This document shows positions 1 through 12,942 of a stretch of DNA of 64,000 nt, piece after piece. The number at the start of each line of letters is the position of its first letter. Position 1 is the first letter of the stretch. The notes beneath the pieces were generated by a model. That model saw nothing but the letters and a program-made list of their open reading frames with translations. It was not told the DNA's origin and ran no database searches. This stretch comes from Phaeosaccion multiseriatum (taxonomy: Eukaryota; Protista; Ochrophyta, other classes), in NCBI GenBank assembly GCA_965112735.1, contig OZ218962.1, positions 2,790,001-2,854,000 on the forward strand. The letters are read 5' to 3'. The position numbers and the translations under genes are program-made.

Positions 1-1
1 C

Positions 2-157
2 ACGGGAGAGATACAGGTCATCACGGGTAGAGGCCGGCGCAGCGTGGACGGCATCAGCGTGCTCAAGCCCCTCGTGCTCGGCTTCCTGAACGACGAGCTC
101 GGCCTTGAGGCCTCCATCTTGCCCGCCCATGAAGGGGTGGTGATCCTCAAGGTGTGA
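2..157 (+). CDS. 3' end of a PPR-SMR protein gene (SMR domain C-terminus; gene starts before the window)
   Basis: Frame 2 reads TGEIQVITGRGRRSVDGISVLKPLVLGFLNDELGLEASILPAHEGVVILKV*. This is near-identical to the C-terminus of the PPR-SMR ORF at 13409-15943 and contains the SMR ITGRG motif. It is not in the ORF track because it lacks a start. Confidence 0.9.
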   Translation, partial: TGEIQVITGRGRRSVDGISVLKPLVLGFLNDELGLEASILPAHEGVVILKV

Positions 158-185
158 GGTGTGAGGTGTGAGGTGTGAGGTGTGA
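151..185 (+). repeat. (GGTGTGA)x5 heptamer tandem repeat overlapping the stop codon
   Basis: Read directly from the sequence. Confidence 0.9.
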
Positions 186-866
186 GGCACTCGTCAGTGG
201 CATGTGGAGGCCAATGACTTATCTTTTTCATGTTTTTTTTTTTTTTTTTTTTTTTAATTTAAAGCTATAATAACTTAGGCCTTGATATATATTGTACTAG
301 TATGACTTACTAAGAGAGTAAGTATCCTCGCGGACCACCCCCCCCGCAACCCACCCCTTTCCACAGGGCTTCAGGACCACCCACGCGCCCACCCCTTGCC
401 ATAGTGCTTCCGGACAGGCTGATGGCCCGTCCCCTGCTCTCTCCCCACTGCTTCCTTCATTCCGCACACGGCACAGCAAGCCCACCATATACACACGCAA
501 CAACAGCACACGCTCTCGTTCTCTCCTCAGGAAGCGCCTCACTTCACTGCACTTGGGCATCGTGTCACCAAGCACCAAGCACCAAGCACACGCACGCACA
601 CACACTCACGCGCCCTTTCGCTTCACACACAATGCATGCATGCAGCTTCACAGCCACACCACACCACACGCCAAGCACCAAGCGTCGCACCGGACAGTTA
701 CACCACAGCAGACACCTGCTGCACCCCACCACACCCTGCGCACCAACTGTCACACCAGCACGTCACTCTCAGTGGCACACCGATGCGTCGCCAGACATGG
801 CTGTCCGGCTGTCCGGCCGTCCGGCCCTCGGGGATGAGACTCGGCCACTCACAGTCCCGGCCCCGC

Positions 867-2516
867 TCAGTCCCCGAAGGATCGCCGGAAGTTGCGGCGC
901 TTCTGCTTCTCGAACGCAGTGCCGCCGAGCGTCGGTCCCTCCACCGAGGAGGAGGAGAAGATGGCCTCCGTTTGCTGCCTGTTGGTTTGCGTTAGGCTCA
1001 TCTGCCCGAGGGGCTGGCGCGTCCCAAACAGATTAGACATGGGGAGGGAAAAGTGGCACTCTCCTTCTCCTTCTCCTTCTCCTCCTTCCTTGAGATCGGC
1101 ACGCCACCGTCCTGCGAACCCCCAACGTCCTACTCCTCCTCCTCCTCCCCCTCCCCCTCCTCTTCCTCCTCCTCCTCCTCCTCCTACCCCCTCGTCAGGG
1201 GCCGCCGTTTCCTCCAGGGAACATTCCGACGACATGGTTCTGTTCAAGTGGAAGAGGTCGGTGTCAGTGCTGCCCGTGTTTCCGAGGTCAGACCCATCAC
1301 TGCCGAACCGCCTGGCCCACACCGCCAGGAAAGCCCTCTGCAGTGCGGGCTGCAGTTGTCCTCCTCCCTCCCCGGAGGAAGAGGCTGCGGCAGCCAGCGC
1401 TGTGGCGGTGACGGTCGGTGCTCCGTCCCCTCCTCGCCCGCCTGTGGAAGCGGCGGTCGTCAGCCAGGCTGGGAGTGAGGACTTGGAGGCAGCAAGCTGG
1501 GGAGAGGGAGGCACGGTGGCCAGCAGTGCTTTCATATCCTCCTCCTGCTGATTGCGCAGGACACCGAAGCTCGAGCAGCCGCAGCCGTGGGCCTCAAGGT
1601 GCTGGCAGATGCGGATGGTGTTGCCCGCGGGAAAGTCCTCGCTCTGCAGCCACATTCCGACGGCAGAGAGGAGCAGCGGCGCTGTAGGGGGGGCAAGGCG
1701 AAAAGAGGTTCTAAGCGTTGAATGTGATGGGGGAGTATGTACCAGACGCGATCCACTGCAACATCTTGCTCTAACAAGTCCAAGTCTACGCCCCTCCTGT
1801 CCTGAAGCGAGCACATGTGAATGGTGGTGGTACACTGGCAGTCTTACCTCCGAGCACCATCCTCCGCAGGTTGTCATCTTTGGCGTAGGAGGCCGCGAAT
1901 TGTTTGCCACCCCCGCCGCGCTTCCCACACATTACATTCGCACCGCCAGCCAGCAGCATCTCCACCACTAGGCCGTGCCCTCTACTCACAGCCAAGCTCA
2001 GGGCCGTGTGGCCATTCTCCTATTGGGCGGGAGAGGACAGAGCATGGGGGGAAACGCAAGAATGGGGACCACGTCATCAGAGCGAGCAAAGGGTTGGGGA
2101 CAGTTGAGAGGGGAGCAGAGAGGCGGTGGGTGAGGAATTGGGCGAGCGGGATGAAGCACCTTCCAATATTGATCAAAGGATGTGTGTCCATGACATACAA
2201 CAAACGAAAAAAAAAAGTCTCTCTGCAGTAATTCCGTGACGCTTTTACGCACCTGCACTGCATTAATGTCTGCCCCTCCCACCAGTAAGAGCTCCACGAT
2301 CCTGTGGTACCCTCTCGCCGCCGCTGTAGTCAACGCCGTTGCGTTCTCGTCGATGTTTGTCAAGGCCCGATGCAGGAGGTTGTCGAGATTAAAATCCCCT
2401 TCAAGAAGGCTGCAGCCCTTGGCGCTGACGTTCACATCGCCTCCCGCACGCAAGAACTGCTCGATTCTGTCGTAGTCCCCTTTCTGGGCCCAGGTGATGA
2501 CCTCGTACGACGACAT
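867..2516 (-). CDS. Ankyrin-repeat protein, spliced (exons approx. 2516-2253, 2019-1848, 1681-~1190, ~1012-867)
   Basis: Ankyrin consensus segments TALTTAAARGYHRIVELLLVGGADIN and GHTALSLAVSRGHGLVVEMLLAGGANV join in frame across GT..AG introns. The C-terminal part is low complexity. Confidence 0.8.
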
Positions 2517-2704
2517 ACGTCGCGTCTCCGTATACGGAATGAGTTGGATGGAAAAGCCCAACCGGCAAAATTTGGCAGTACGAGTTTCCGCTCAGTGGCT
2601 ACCCATATGCCTTAAAATGAGCGTGCCTTCTTGAGAAAGAGGGGCGAGAAGAAAAAGCAAGAAAGCAGGAAAACAAGGACGGGGAGAAGGGAGAGGAGGG
2701 AATC

Positions 2705-3625
2705 ATGATGGATGCAGATGACTCGAAGCTGGAAACCCTCTGCGGCATGTTCGACGATCTTGACAGGGACTCCATTAAGGCTGTCCTAGCGGTGAGTGAA
2801 CATCCCTTCTCACACAGCTCGACAGGGAAAGCGAGCGTCTCTATAGTATAGAGATAAAGAAGAGTGAGATGGGGGAGGGGATTATTTCGGGGTGGTATAG
2901 ATAGGGGAGAAGTTAGAGGAGCGGGAGGAACTTTAAAGAGGGTCACGTGCCTGAGGGGGAGAAGAAGAAGTTAGTGTGTTTTCGCTGGCCTTGCATTCCT
3001 CAGCTGGCCTTGCATTCCCCAGTTGACTGTCCCCGCCCTCTTCAGTGTGTTTTGCCTACGCGGTTACTTTCCCCTCCCTCCCTCCTCCCAAGAAACTTGT
3101 TCTGCCTTCTTCCCAGGCTCCTCCACATCAACACCAAAGCCGCACTTACGCCATTTTCTCTACTGCTGCTTCTACTGCTGCCCTACTCCTCTTCAGACTA
3201 ACTCAGGGAACATGGAGCGAACTGTAGAGCATCTCCTCTCCTTGGGGAGTAGCGGAGGAGCAGGAGGAGGAGGAGGAGGTGGCGGAGAAGGAGGAGGAGG
3301 GGGAGGTGGAGGTGGGGGTGGGGCACCCTCCGAGGTACCGGACACAACCCGAGATGAGGAGCTGGCCCAGCAACTGGCGAGAGAAATGAATGAAAGCATG
3401 GTGCGTTACGTAGAACAGCGGGCAGGCACGGCACCCACGCAAGTATGCATAGTGGAGCCGCCCATCTCTCTTCATGAAGAACAGGACAGGGACACGTAAA
3501 TGTGGGTTTCTGCGTCTGGCATACTGACGAGCTGTTGTTCGCTCTAACGGCTGCCCACCTGATCTAGCTTGGTCGATACGCATGGCCTCGCGGAGGGTCG
3601 GGGAGGTGTCGAGAGGTGGCCCCTT

Positions 3626-3688
<63 letters not shown>

Positions 3689-3851
3689 GTCCCCTGTAAC
3701 ACACACCAAGCTCCAAGCTGACGCTCTTGCTCTTGCTGTTATGGAATTTGGTTTCTCTCTTGCTTCCCTTTCTTCTCTGCCAATGTCACGAGCAGCCCCA
3801 ACAACAGCCCCCCCCACAGCAACAGCAGCAGCCACAGCAGCAGCAGGTGAG

Positions 3852-3886
<35 letters not shown>

Positions 3887-6394
3887 CTCTCTCTCTCTCT
3901 TCTCTCTCTCTCCCCCTCTCTTCTCTCTCTCTCGTTCTCTCTCTCAACAACGATGCTTCTGGGCATTCCTGCCCCATTTTTGCTCATGTAGCACCTGTCA
4001 TTCACAGCCCACTCACCTGCTCACTCTCTCCGTCACTCACCCTTTCCCTTCTTCGCCTACTCAATCACCCACTCACGCGCGCAACCCTCAACTCCCTGAC
4101 ACTCGAACTCGAACTCCTCCGTCGCCTCCATCCCCCCACCCACCCACAAATGTGGACAATTGGGCATCTCCCCCCCCCCCCCAATCAACAGTACTTTGTG
4201 CCCCTCCAGCCCGGCCAGCAGCTCCTCCCCGGCCAGCAAGGGATGTGGATGACTGTGCGGCAGCCCGATGGCTCACAGCAGCAGGTACTGACGGTGCCGT
4301 CTTCGGGCCCTCCCCCCGCGGGCCAAGGCCAGGCAATGCCCATGCAGGGAAGGGTCATGATGCCGCAGCAGCAGCAGCAGCAGCAGCAGCAGTACCCGCA
4401 GCAGTACCAGCAGCAGCAGCAGGTTTGTGGCGCCGTGTATTTCGATGTACAGCCTGGCCGATGTTGCCTGTTTGCAATCCCTCCTCCCTTCCATCACTTT
4501 CTCTCTCTATTACACTCGCGGAGCTCTCTCCGTCTCTCTGATCTCTCCTCCCTTCTCTCTCTCTTCTGTCTCTCTCTCTCCCTCTCTCTCTCGGTCCATC
4601 CTGCTCCACCCATGACTGACTGCTTGCTGGATGGCACTCGATGCACGTACATGTCTCCTCTGTGATAGCGGCAGGCGCAACCACCGCTTCGTTACATGCC
4701 TGTGACTCTGCCGTCCGACTTCCTCAGAGTGCCGGGGTGGAGGGGAAAGCAGCAAACCTCAGAAGATGAGGTGAGTGAGTGTGTGTGCGTGCGTGAGTGT
4801 GTGTGCGTGTGCGTGCTGCTGCTTCCCACCTGAAGCGTTAGAAACAACCCCCCCAAAGAAGAAGAAGAAGAGGAGGAGGAGGGGGAGGAGGAGGAGGAGC
4901 AGGGGAGGAAGCTTTCCCGTCCGAAACCGTCCTTTCTCCCCCTCCCAGTGTTTGAAGGAAGATCTCTGTGATGCAGGAGGGGGGTGCGTTGTAGAGAGGG
5001 ACGGGTTTTTTTGTGTCTCATGTTGACTCTCTTCTAAGGGGGTTTCCCTGCATCCTACTTGTTCCCCGCTGAAATCCAGTGGCCTCTCACTTCCTCCTTC
5101 CCTCACTTCCTCCCTCCCTCCCCTCCCACCCTCCCACCCTCCCCCCCCCCCTCCCTCCCTCACTCCCTCCGTCCCTTCCTCCCTCCCTCCCTCCCTCCCT
5201 CTCCCCTCCCCTCCCCTCCCTTGCCCCCCCCTCCCTCCCTCACTCCCTCCGTCCCTTCCTCCCTCCCTCCCTCCCTCCCTCCCTCTCCCCTCCCCTCCCC
5301 TCCCTTGCCCCCCGTCTCTCCGTTCCTCCCTCCCTCCCTCCCCCCTCCCCCTCCCTCCCTCACTCCCTCCCTCCCTCTCCCTCCCTCCCTCCCTCCCTCC
5401 CTCCCTCACTCCCTCCCCCCTCCCTCCCAGCGTCTGGCCCTGATGCTACAGAACCAAGACTTTCAGGCAGAGCTTGCTGCTCACCCCGAGCTGGCTGGGT
5501 ACGGTCGGAGGGGGGGGTCGAGGGGTGGCAGGCCTGCGGACAGACAGGTAGGACTCCGAATCAGGTCCCAGTCAGATATGCCCCATTGGGGGAGATGGCA
5601 GGGGGATGGCAGTGGACGTGAGGGATGGAGGAGGGGGGGGGGGGGGGTAGGGGGTTGGGGTAGCTCGTTCGTATCCATGCGATGGATCATGCGACGCTGT
5701 TGGGTGCGTGCCCTGCTTGTACTAGTTGGTTGTCTACCTACCTGCCTGTCTGCCTGTCATCGTGGGTGTGAGGCCCACTTGTTTCCCTCCCTGTTTGGCC
5801 TGCCGCTTCCCTCCCTGGGCATGTCCCTCCCCCCCGTCGTAGCGCCTCGTAACGCTCCTCTCCATCTGCTTTCCCGACCTTCCCTCCCCCTCCCCCTTGT
5901 CGCTCTCCCTCTCCACTTGCCGCCCCCCTGCCTTGCTCCTTGACCAACAACGAGAGCAGCAGCGGCAGCAGCAGCAGCAGCAGCGCTACCAGTATCAGCA
6001 GCCCAGGCAGCAGCAGCAGCAGCAGCAGCAGCAGCCAGCGTCGTCCTCCTCCTCCTCCTCCTCCTCCTCCTCTGTGGGTCACGAGATGATGGAGGATGTG
6101 CGGCGAATGGGACATGCCACCAAAGCGAAACTCAACGACCTTGCCAGCAAGTTCAGATCAAAGGCTTCGGCAGCATCGTCATCGTCGTCATCGTCTTCGT
6201 CATCATCACAAGCTGACAGAAACCAGGAAGGCGTGGAGATGAGGGCAGGAGCTGGAGGAGCTAGCCCGCAGCAGCAGCAACCGCCGGAGCGGTACCAGCA
6301 GCTTGGCTCGGATGTGGATGAGAGCGAGGGGGAGGTGGTGAGCTTCGAGCAGTCTTCCAACAGCCGTAGAAGCAGCCTCAGCGGGGTGCTGTGA
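2705..6394 (+). CDS. CUEDC1: CUE-domain ubiquitin-binding protein, CUEDC1-like (about 7 exons)
   Basis: Exon 1 (2705-2791) MMDADDSKLETLCGMFDDLDRDSIKAVLA joins exon 2 (from 3197) TNSGNMERTVEHLL to form a CUE domain. Later motifs LPSDFLRV, EDE|RLALMLQNQDFQAEL and RRMGHATKAKLNDLASKF resemble the conserved CUEDC1 blocks as I recall them. Confidence 0.8.
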
Positions 6395-6685
6395 AAAACC
6401 TTGCTTTGTGAATAATTGCCAATTCAGGCACTCTCCTCTGATCACTCTCACTCCGCAAAGAGCTGTTCTCACTCTCACTCCGCAAAGAGCTGTTTAGGTC
6501 GAAGGAATTTTTCACGTGGAATTTTTGTGCGGGCAATCGTCACGCCGGAACACCAATTATTGGCCGCATTCTGTGATTTAGAGAACCAACCATCGTAGAT
6601 GCGTGGCCGCTCGCCAATTCAACAAGCGACCTGACTGGCTCGAGAGAGATTGAGGTTGTGCAGTAGTGAATAGACGGACAATCAG

Positions 6686-7494
6686 ATGCAACTGGCTAAC
6701 CATATGGTCCCATTCAGAGTGCTGAGTCCTGTCCACCAACGGCAGTTCACAGGCAATGCCGGCTTCGCGGAGTTTGGAGCGCTTGAGGAGGAGGAGGAGG
6801 GCGAAGAGGCAGAGGAGGGGGGATGGGGAGGCGAAGAGCTAAAGGAGGAGGACAAGCAGACTCAGGCTGAGCCTTCCACACTAGATATCCCCACATACGC
6901 CGCTTATGACGCGACGCTGCTGCAGAGCTCTGGGCCCCTCCGAGAAACGGCAAATATGGGACGGGAAGGCGGTGAGGAAGGAGGCGGTGGGGGAGGGGGA
7001 CATGGTGGTGGCGAAGATGGAGGGAGGGGGTGGGATAGCGGAGGAGGTTTTAGAAGCAGCAACAGCATCAACAGCAACGGTAACAGCTACGCCAGCATTA
7101 ACTCAGGGAGTTGGGCGGTGGGGCCCCGCCCCTCTGTACACGCTAAGAGCTCCGAGGAAGAACAAGTTCTGGCGCAGGAGGACAGGGTCAAGCCTTCGGA
7201 TTCATTGCCGCAGGTTATTGTTGGAGACTCGTTGCCTTTCTCAGTGGGGGGCAAGGCTCAGGCGGAGGCAGGAGGCGGGAGCCTAGGCATGTCGAAGGAG
7301 GAGGAGAAGGAGAAGGAGAAGGCCGCGGGAAGGCCTGGTAGCAACTTCGTGAATAGCAGCCGTAGTAGTAATAGTAGTAGAGAGCTGGGAGGAGCGTTTG
7401 TGGGCACTTCCATCGTTCGAGAGCGAGGAGGAGCAGAGGAGCAGGAGAACAAGCCCCCGCCCTCTCAGTCAAAAGTGCCCGCAGCAGCAGCAGT

Positions 7495-7529
<35 letters not shown>

Positions 7530-7923
7530 TCGGTGGTACTGCATCGTCCCCTCCCTGGTCCACCTCTGCCACGAAGAACATGCCCTCTGCGAGCATGGCG
7601 GAATCTCTGAGCACCTCCCTGCGGCGGCGCTTGGCATCCAAGAGTCTCGTTGCAGCGGCGAGCAGCGGAGACGCCGAGGTCGCTCTTCAGTGCTTGCAGT
7701 CGGGGGCGGTGGTGGACAAGAGAGACATTCGTACAGGCAACACGCCCCTCCACGTGGCCGCGTCACACGGTCATGTGGAGGTGGTGCAGCTGCTGCTGGA
7801 GCACCACGCCGACCTCATGGCTACCGATCTTGAGGGAAGGACCCCTCTGCTCAAAGCGGCGGCCTCGGGTCACGTACCCGTCATGGCGGAGTTCCTCGCC
7901 AGGGGGATGGACGTCAACATAGG

Positions 7924-7978
<55 letters not shown>

Positions 7979-9008
7979 TGTGTATCTGTGCGTGTGTGCG
8001 TGTGTGTGCGTGCATGTGTGTATATGCATGTGCGTGCTTGTGTGATGTATGTGTGGTTGAGGAGAGGCGGAGGGTTGCTGCCGGCGCCCTCGTAGCAGAG
8101 TAGGCGAAGAGAGTGTCCGGGCGGCCCACAGCACTGTAAAGCACAAGTGCATTATAGAGAACAGCGCATGATGAGACTAGAAGAAGCGAATGAGATTGCC
8201 ATAGATTGCCATAGCACATTGGGAAGCTCTGCGCACCAGTCCCTGCGGCCCGGGCAAGTCAGATGGATGGGATAGATTAGATTCCCCTCCATCTTTCCCT
8301 CGTGTCCGTCCTGTACTGCTCACTGCTGACCTTCACCCACTTGCGCCTTCTTTATCCGCCACTCACACAACATAACACACACCTTTTCCCCCGCATTGTA
8401 TTATACCTTCCACGTTATCACCGTCCTCCCTCCCTCCCTCCCTCCCTCCCTCCCTCCCTCCCTCCCTCCCTCACTCACTCATCAGAGACTCAAGGGGCAC
8501 CACTCCTCTGCAGACCGCCTCTCGCTGGGGCTGGGCGGATGCCATAGAGCTCCTCCTAGAGGCAGGGGCTCACGTGAACAGCGCAGATGACAAGCTCAGC
8601 ACACCGCTGCACTTCGCCTGCCTGGGGGGCAATCAGACTCTCTGCATCAATATACTGCTTGAGGCTGGGGCAGATGTGCATCGCAGGACGCAAGCTGGGA
8701 ACACCTGTCTGCATCTGGCCTTCGACAGGTACGATGGATGGCAGTGGATGGATGGATGGATGGATGGATAGATTGATTGGTTGGTTGACTGGTTGATAGA
8801 TAGATGGATAGATAGAGAGATGGGGTAGAGAGATAGATGGATATATAGATATATGGATAGATAGATGTATTGATAGATAGATATAGATAGATAGAAAGGA
8901 GGAGAGGAGGGGGGGGGGAGAGAAAGAGGGATAGATAGACAGAGGGATAGATAGATAAAGATACTGATGAATACATAGATGGATAGACGGATAGACAGAG
9001 GGATCGAC

Positions 9009-9047
<39 letters not shown>

Positions 9048-10696
9048 CTTTTTTTATTATTATATATATATATCGATATACTGATAGATGATATACTGAT
9101 AGGAAGAGAGATCGGCCCTCATTGTTTCCCCTTCTTTCCTTCCTTCCCCCTTTCTCGCCTCGCTCTCACTGCAGAGGGCTGCCAAGCGTCGTTGTTACCC
9201 TGCTGGCCTGGGGGGCGTCCCTGACCGCCACCAACAACCTGGGTAAGACGCCTGCTGACGTCATTGGGGAGTTTGTGGCGGTTCGAGACGCGCGCACCCT
9301 TAGAGACCTCGCCTCCCGCCCTCCTCCTCCTATTCCCGGGCGGGACAACGGCGATAGCATTGGGTCCACGCCAGCACTGGTTAGTGATGGTGGTGGTGGT
9401 GGTGGTGGTGGAGGAGGAGGAGGAGGAGGAGGAGGAGGAGGAGGAGGAGGAGGAGGAGGAGGAGGAGGAGGAGGAGGAGGAGGAGGAGGAGGAGGAGGAG
9501 GAGGAGGAGGAGGAGGAGGAGGAGGAGGAGGAGGAGGAGGAGGAGGAGGAGGAGGAGGAGGAGGAGGAGGAGGAGGAGGAGGAGGAGGAGGAGGGGCAGC
9601 AGCAGAAGGAGGAGGAGGAGGAGGAGGAGGAGGAGGAGGAGGAGGAGGAGGAGGAGGAGGAGGAGGAGGTGGAGGAGGAGGAGCAGTAGGAGGAGGAGGA
9701 GCAGGAGGAGCAGGAGGAGCAGGAGGAGGAGAGATGCGTGTGGTGCAAGCCCTGCGATCGGAGCGTGAGAGCGCCGATCGTCTCTCTCGATCAGACAAAG
9801 CGGGGGGCTTCTGTCGGAGAAGCTGGAAGAGGAAGACCATTAATGGTGTGGAAGTAGATGTGGAAGCAGTTGTGGAAGCAAATGACGCCCCCTCTCCCAT
9901 GGGGACGGAGCGGCCCAGATCGACTTCACGGCTTAGCGATACAGATGCAGCAATTGGTGATACAGCAGTAGTAGTACCACCAAGAAGGCGATCAACAGCA
10001 GCAGCAGTAGGGGCCAACAACAGCAGAGAGGAGAGCCGACTTCAGAATAGCATACGGCGCCGCATGAGGAGTTTCCGCTTCGCCTCCGACCGATCGCTCA
10101 TGCGAGGGAGAAAGGCTTGGAACAATAGCAATGCCAATGCCATGGACAAGTGTCCTCCGTCCCGTGACGACCCTCCCCTCCTCGAGATGGTGGTGGGGGC
10201 TGAGGTCGCGGCGGAATGCGTTGGAGCGGATGGCGGGGCGAAGGGAGGTGGAGGCAAGGATGTCGACACAGGCAGCGGCAGCGGGGAAGGGAGCGCCGAT
10301 CCGAAGGGTGAGCAGGCCATAGAGCCGCAGGAGCAGCAGCAGCAGCAGTTGGTGATTCAGCAGCAGGTTCAAGTATCCACCGCACAGCCTGGATCGAAAC
10401 GGGCTGCTGTGAACGACGGCGGAAGCAGCAGCGGGGGTGGCGCCGACAAAAAATACAGCACGCCTGACTCCAGCAGAGAACAGGCCCTCCGGCTGTGGCA
10501 GACAGGCAGAACGGGCACTACCCCCGGTTGCAGTCGTGGTGGTGGTGCTGCTGCTGTTGGTGATTCAGCAGGTGTTGGGGCCTGGTCCAACGGTGGCAGG
10601 GGAGGCGTGGGGGGCGAGAACGGCTGGGCTCCAGCGCCTTTTCTAGAGGAGGACGAGGAGGACGATAAGCAGCGTAACTGCTGTATCATTACTTGA
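6686..10696 (+). CDS. Ankyrin-repeat protein with long disordered N-terminus, polyglycine tract and C-terminal CaaX (exons 6686-7923, 8486-8728, 9175-10696)
   Basis: About 6 ankyrin repeats (GNTPLHVAASHGHVEVVQLLL, GRTPLLKAA, GTTPLQTASRWG, STPLHFAC, GNTCLHLA, GKTPAD) splice in frame over GT..AG introns. The protein ends RNCCIIT*. Confidence 0.85.
9389..9730 (+). repeat. (GGT)/(GGA)n trinucleotide tract, about 340 bp, read as polyglycine
   Basis: There are 69 consecutive Gly codons at 9389-9595, then AAAE and a further Gly run. Confidence 0.9.
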
Positions 10697-11069
10697 GAGG
10701 ATTAAAACCCATTGGGAAGCGATTAGGAGAAGAGAGGCAGCAAGCCCCGCAAAACGCTCTTCTTTCCTTAAATCACAAGAACGTAGACGCTTGATTTCTA
10801 CTTGAGCCTCGAGAGAGAAAGAGAGGGGCTTTATGAGGGGGGGGGGAGCAAAAAGGAAAAAAAAAAAAAAAAAGGTGTGTGACTTTAAGTGCCATCTGTC
10901 GCAGAAGGGTAGGTAGGTGTTGGTGATACAAGCCGCCCACAAATACAAAAAAACTTGGCGCGGTGCTGGACCATTCCGAGATAAAGAGATAAAGACACGC
11001 ACAAGAGACGACACACCCCTCACACACATCCCTGGCCGCCCGTGTATCACTCCCGACGTGACTTTTCGC

Positions 11070-12942
11070 TGCTGCAGTAGTACGGAGAGCAGCTGCAGGT
11101 AGCAGGGAAAAGCAGGAGACAAACAGGCCCTGGTGGGTCTCGGCACAACAAGCAAAAGGGAAGATGTCTGCCTTCGATGCAGCCATCCAGGGCATGGCTT
11201 CGGAGATGACCACGACCGAGAACGGGGCTCTGGCCTTCAAGACTTCTGAGCCGTCTCGGGACATGGACGAGAAGGTCGGCGCTCGCACGGACCTCTTCTT
11301 CCACACCGTGCGAGGTGTGGGGCTGAAGCGACTGACTACACTAATGGAGGCGTCCGCGAAGGAGAACCTCCTGGACACCCTGAGGATGTGCTTCTACTGC
11401 AGAGACATTCGGGGCAAGGGCAAGGGGGAGAAGGAGCTGTTCTTCCACATGTGGTCGGTTCTCGCGCAGCTCGGGTACGGCGAGCACCTTGTCGCCAACC
11501 TCGCCCTGGTGCCCCACTACGGGTCGTGGAAGGACGTCGTGCGACTCTCTCGCCCCTCCAGGACCGCCGCGGGGAGAGCTGCGACGGACCTGCTGGCGCG
11601 CTCCCTCGGAGAGGCGTGGGAGCAGAGCGTGAAGGCGGCAGAGGAGGAGGAGAATAACGAGGCGGCAGGAGAGGCCGATGGTGCCACAAGGAAGGCCGCC
11701 ACGGGGGGTGGAACGGTGGGTCTGCTGGCCAAGTGGCTTCCCTCGGAGGGGAAGGCCCACGACCGAGCGTACAGGGGCACCAAGCGACTGCGGGAGTCGC
11801 TGGGGTGGTCGCAGGAGGAGTACCGCAAGAGGGTGAATCGTCTGAGGGAGGAGGCGTACATTGTGGAGAGGCAGATGTGCGCCGGCGGCTGGGACGAGGT
11901 GGAGTACGGCAAGGTGCCCGGGCAGGCCATGAAGAAGCTGTCAGGCGCCTTCGCTAAGAACGACGCGGAGAGGTTCGGCGAGTTCAAGGCGGCGCTGGCG
12001 AGCAACCTGAGCAAGCCCGAGGAGGAGCGGGACGCCGCGGTGAAGGTGAACACCAAGACCATCATGCCCCACGAGATCTACCAGGGCATGAAGAAGCTGC
12101 GCGGCGGCGGTATGAGCGGGGGAGGCGACGCTCGGCTGCTGGAGGCGCAGTGGGCGACCAAGCTGGAGGAGGTGCGGAAGGAGCTGGGGGACTCCTTCGA
12201 CAGCACCCTGTGCGTGGCGGACGTGTCGGGGAGCATGTCCGGCCTGCCCATGGACGTGTCCATCGGCCTCAGCCTGTTTCTGTCCACTCTCGTCAAGGGG
12301 CACTTCAAGGGCCGCATCATCTCCTTCCACGCTTCCCCGACCTTCCACGTGGTGGACACCAGCCAGTCGCTGTGGCAGCAGATGCAGGGCATCGAGGGCA
12401 TGCCCTGGGGCATGAACACCGACCTCAACAAGGTGTTCCGCCTCATCCTCGACTCCGCCAAGAGGGGCAAGCTCGCGCAGGAGGACATGCCCAGCCGACT
12501 GCTCATCCTGTCCGACATGCAGTTCGATGTGGCCACCTCCCACCAGACCAACTGGGAGCTGGTGCAGCAGGAGTACGCCAAGGCGGGCTACGCCCTCCCC
12601 ACCGTGGTGTTTTGGAATCTGCGGGCAGGAAGCGGCACCGCGTCCGTCCCGGCCAAGGCGGACGAAGACCACGTGGCCCTCCTCTCGGGCTTCTCTCCGG
12701 CGGTGCTGAGTGCGGTGTTGGAGGGAGGGCCCGTGCCGACGCCCTGGGAGGTGGTGCAGAAGGCCATTCGAGCAGAGAGGTACTGGCCAGTGCGGCTCGC
12801 GACGAGAGGAGCGGCAGCGGCAGAGGGAGGGGCTGCTGCTGCCGAAGAGACGCAGGGAGAGGAGGCAGCGGCGGCGGTAGGAATGGTCGAGACGGAGGCC
12901 CAGGAGGGAGGAGAGGACGGCTTTGAGCTCGTTTGAGGAGAC
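11070..12942 (+). repeat. Left arm of ~1.87-kb inverted repeat (partner 23872-25756)
   Basis: It is the reverse complement of 23872-25756 with only scattered substitutions. Homology ends 6 nt after the stop codon and about 95 nt before the ATG. Confidence 0.95.
11164..12936 (+). CDS. DUF2828-family protein (TROVE/Ro60-like helical domain + vWA), intronless, copy A
   Basis: 590-aa ORF with TTTENGA, CRDIRGKGKGEK, PHYGSWKD, LAKWLPSE, YRK, the vWA MIDAS motif DVSGSM, WGMNTD, LSDMQFD, VFWNLR and SGFS, all typical of DUF2828. Confidence 0.92.
   Translation: MSAFDAAIQGMASEMTTTENGALAFKTSEPSRDMDEKVGARTDLFFHTVRGVGLKRLTTLMEASAKENLLDTLRMCFYCRDIRGKGKGEKELFFHMWSVLAQLGYGEHLVANLALVPHYGSWKDVVRLSRPSRTAAGRAATDLLARSLGEAWEQSVKAAEEEENNEAAGEADGATRKAATGGGTVGLLAKWLPSEGKAHDRAYRGTKRLRESLGWSQEEYRKRVNRLREEAYIVERQMCAGGWDEVEYGKVPGQAMKKLSGAFAKNDAERFGEFKAALASNLSKPEEERDAAVKVNTKTIMPHEIYQGMKKLRGGGMSGGGDARLLEAQWATKLEEVRKELGDSFDSTLCVADVSGSMSGLPMDVSIGLSLFLSTLVKGHFKGRIISFHASPTFHVVDTSQSLWQQMQGIEGMPWGMNTDLNKVFRLILDSAKRGKLAQEDMPSRLLILSDMQFDVATSHQTNWELVQQEYAKAGYALPTVVFWNLRAGSGTASVPAKADEDHVALLSGFSPAVLSAVLEGGPVPTPWEVVQKAIRAERYWPVRLATRGAAAAEGGAAAAEETQGEEAAAAVGMVETEAQEGGEDGFELV

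Noticed and set aside
233-255. Poly(T) run as a retroposon tail
   Set aside because: No TSD or element body is recognisable. It lies in the AT-rich terminator zone between convergent genes.
6442-6494. 27-bp tandem duplication downstream of CUEDC1-like
   Set aside because: It is a simple two-copy slippage duplication with no further structure.
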